A stretch of 64,000 nt of DNA, from NCBI GenBank assembly GCA_030066215.1, contig JASJCA010000004.1:1762-65761 (forward strand), given 5' to 3'. Positions 62,655 to 64,000 of the stretch are shown piece after piece; the stretch's first letter is position 1, and the number at the start of each line of letters is the position of its first letter. The position numbers and the translations under genes are program-made. The notes beneath the pieces were generated by a model. It was not told where the DNA came from. It saw only the letters and a list, made by a program, of their open reading frames with translations, and searched no databases. This DNA comes from Rhodobacter sp. Lineage in GTDB: Bacteria > Pseudomonadota > Alphaproteobacteria > Rhodobacterales > Rhodobacteraceae.

Positions 62655-63154
62655 GCCCGCCGCCTCAACTTGTCGGCACGCTTCAACAGCATCTCGCGCT
62701 TCACTTTGCTCAGCCGGTCGAAATACATCCGCCCGCTCAAATGGTCGATCTGGTGCTGCGCGCTCGTGGCCCAGAGCCCATCGAATTCGCGTCGGTCGAC
62801 GACGCCTTGCGCGTTCAGAAACCGCACCACCACCTTAGCGGGCCGCTCAATCCTTGCATGGACGCCGGGCAGATTGGGGCTCGCCTCCTCATGGCCGCGG
62901 GTCTCGCGGCTGGTCTCCAGAAGTTCCGGATTGGCCATCCGCACCGCCTGGCCGCGTGTGTCCGAGGCGTCGACCACCGCCAGTCGCAGCATCACTCCGA
63001 TCTGGGGCGCGGCGAGCCCGACCCCCGGCATCGCCTCCATCGTGTCGATCATGTCGGTCCAGACCTCTTCGATCGCTTGCGTGATCTCGCCGACCGGCGA
63101 CGCCGCGGTGCGCAGGCGTTTGTCGGGCCAGGGCAAAACCGGCCGGACCGTCAC
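62651..63154 (-). CDS. peptide deformylase-like protein with degenerate active-site motifs (predicted inactive paralogue)
   Basis: ORF 62651..63154(-), GTG start. Motif 1 [10 protein letters not shown] is present. Motif 2 reads EEASPNLPG (no Cys). Motif 3 reads QHQIDH (Glu replaced by Gln). Confidence 0.8.
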   Translation of the reverse strand: MTVRPVLPWPDKRLRTAASPVGEITQAIEEVWTDMIDTMEAMPGVGLAAPQIGVMLRLAVVDASDTRGQAVRMANPELLETSRETRGHEEASPNLPGVHARIERPAKVVVRFLNAQGVVDRREFDGLWATSAQHQIDHLSGRMYFDRLSKVKREMLLKRADKLRRRA

Positions 63155-63209
63155 GATGCCGCCAGGCCGCGCAGCCGCGCGCGCTCGTGGATCAGTATTG
63201 GCCGGACGC

Positions 63210-63731
63210 TCACAAACGCGCCCGCTCGCGCTTCAGTTTGACCATCTTGCGGGTGATCAGCTGGCGCTTCAGCGGCTTGAGATAATCGATAAAAAGCTTG
63301 CCGTTCAGGTGGTCGATTTCGTGCTGCACGCACGTCGCCCAGAGCCCGTCGAAGCGTTCCTCCTGGCCCGCGCCGTCGCGGTCGATCCAGCGCACCGTGA
63401 CTTCGGCAGGCCGTTCCACATCGGCGTATTGGTCCGGGATCGACAGGCAGCCCTCTTCGTAGACGTTGGTTTCGTCCGAGGCCCACACCACCTCTGGGTT
63501 GAAAAGCACCATCGGCCGCGGCTCCGCGCCCTCCTCCTTGACGCAATCCATCACGATCAGGCGCCGCAGATCGCCCACCTGCGGCGCGGCGAGCCCGATG
63601 CCCGGCGCCTCGTACATGGTCTGCAACATGTCGTCGGCCAGCCTCTGCAGGTCCGGCGTGATGTCGTCCACCGGCGCGCAGACCTTCTTCAGCCGCGGAT
63701 CGGGGTGGATCAGGATGTCGCGTACGCTCAT
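63210..63731 (-). CDS. def: peptide deformylase
   Basis: ORF 63210..63779(-) trimmed to ATG 63731. All three motifs are intact: GIGLAAPQVG, EEGCLSIPD, QHEIDHLNG. Confidence 0.92.
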   Translation of the reverse strand: MSVRDILIHPDPRLKKVCAPVDDITPDLQRLADDMLQTMYEAPGIGLAAPQVGDLRRLIVMDCVKEEGAEPRPMVLFNPEVVWASDETNVYEEGCLSIPDQYADVERPAEVTVRWIDRDGAGQEERFDGLWATCVQHEIDHLNGKLFIDYLKPLKRQLITRKMVKLKRERARL

Positions 63732-63828
63732 AAATGCGCATGTAGGCCAAGCCCCGCCGCTTCGCAATCCGCCTTGCACCCGCCGCCGCGGACGTTAGCT
63801 TGCGCCGGACCTCGCGACGGAGCACCCC

Positions 63829-64000
63829 ATGGATTTCGACACCAGCAAGGACCGCAGCGGCCGCCACGCCACGAAATGGGATAGCATGCAGGGTTTCTGC
63901 GGCCTGACCCCGGACACGGCGATCGCGATGTGGGTGGCGGACATGGATTTCGACGCCGCGCCCTGCATCAGGGCCGCGCTGCAGGGCGAGATCGACAACG
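63829..64000 (+). CDS. PatB/MalY-type PLP-dependent aminotransferase (cystathionine beta-lyase-like), first 57 codons; continues past the right edge
   Basis: Own translation from ATG 63829: MDFDTSKDRSGRHATKWDSMQGFCGLTPDTAIAMWVADMDFDAAPCIRAALQGEIDN. The KWD...WVADMDF pattern is typical of this family. Confidence 0.7.
   Translation, partial: MDFDTSKDRSGRHATKWDSMQGFCGLTPDTAIAMWVADMDFDAAPCIRAALQGEIDN

Noticed and set aside
1-64000. CRISPR arrays, IS elements, toxin-antitoxin pairs, restriction-modification or other recognisable defence systems.
   Set aside because: None seen. The only repeats are the ~170-bp element, the 10-nt tandem at 22476-22496 and the 9-nt coding repeat at 56480-56542.

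Overview
This is a visibly GC-rich, densely coding chromosomal segment. Its gene content and order suggest an alphaproteobacterium, possibly Rhodobacterales-like, but that is inference only. I support about 66 CDS, 1 tRNA, 3 copies of a structured repeat and a few candidate operators. Most long ORFs in the track are antisense shadow ORFs typical of GC-rich DNA and were discarded.

Left to right:
- urea ABC transporter urtD(partial)-C-B-A (minus strand)
- tRNA-Arg(CCU)
- a family III CoA-transferase divergent from a GntR-like LacI regulator
- an NsrR-like Rrf2 regulator and a GT2/LAB_N/GT39 (ArnC/ArnT-like) envelope-glycosylation operon, interleaved with three copies of an unnamed ~170-bp inverted-arm repeat
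- a large inositol region: iolB, micro-ORF, iolD, iolC-DUF2090, iolG, SDR, sugar ABC transporter, IolI-like, LacI regulator, two Gfo/Idh/MocA dehydrogenases, IolE/MocC-like, plus a second kinase/IolB-like/class II aldolase module whose kinase carries an in-frame TAG near its 5' end
- a hybrid histidine kinase with a small periplasmic partner
- hydantoinase/oxoprolinase A - DUF1801 - B
- a two-domain PCuAC-like protein divergent from an unknown polytopic membrane protein
- a LIV-type ABC transporter followed by a tightly coupled operon: XDH-family molybdoenzyme, 6-hydroxynicotinate-reductase-like Fe-S protein, UPF0280
- a housekeeping block: pdxJ, DUF2062, rsh(relA/spoT), rpoZ, folK, NYN, ispH, several small genes, rnhA, two GlsB/YeaQ, fmt, a motif-degenerate def paralogue, def, and the start of a PatB/MalY-type aminotransferase

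I saw no CRISPR array, IS element, integrase, phage or recognisable defence genes. The best candidates for something undescribed are the repeat family, the XDH/Hnr-like/UPF0280 operon and the catalytically degenerate deformylase paralogue.
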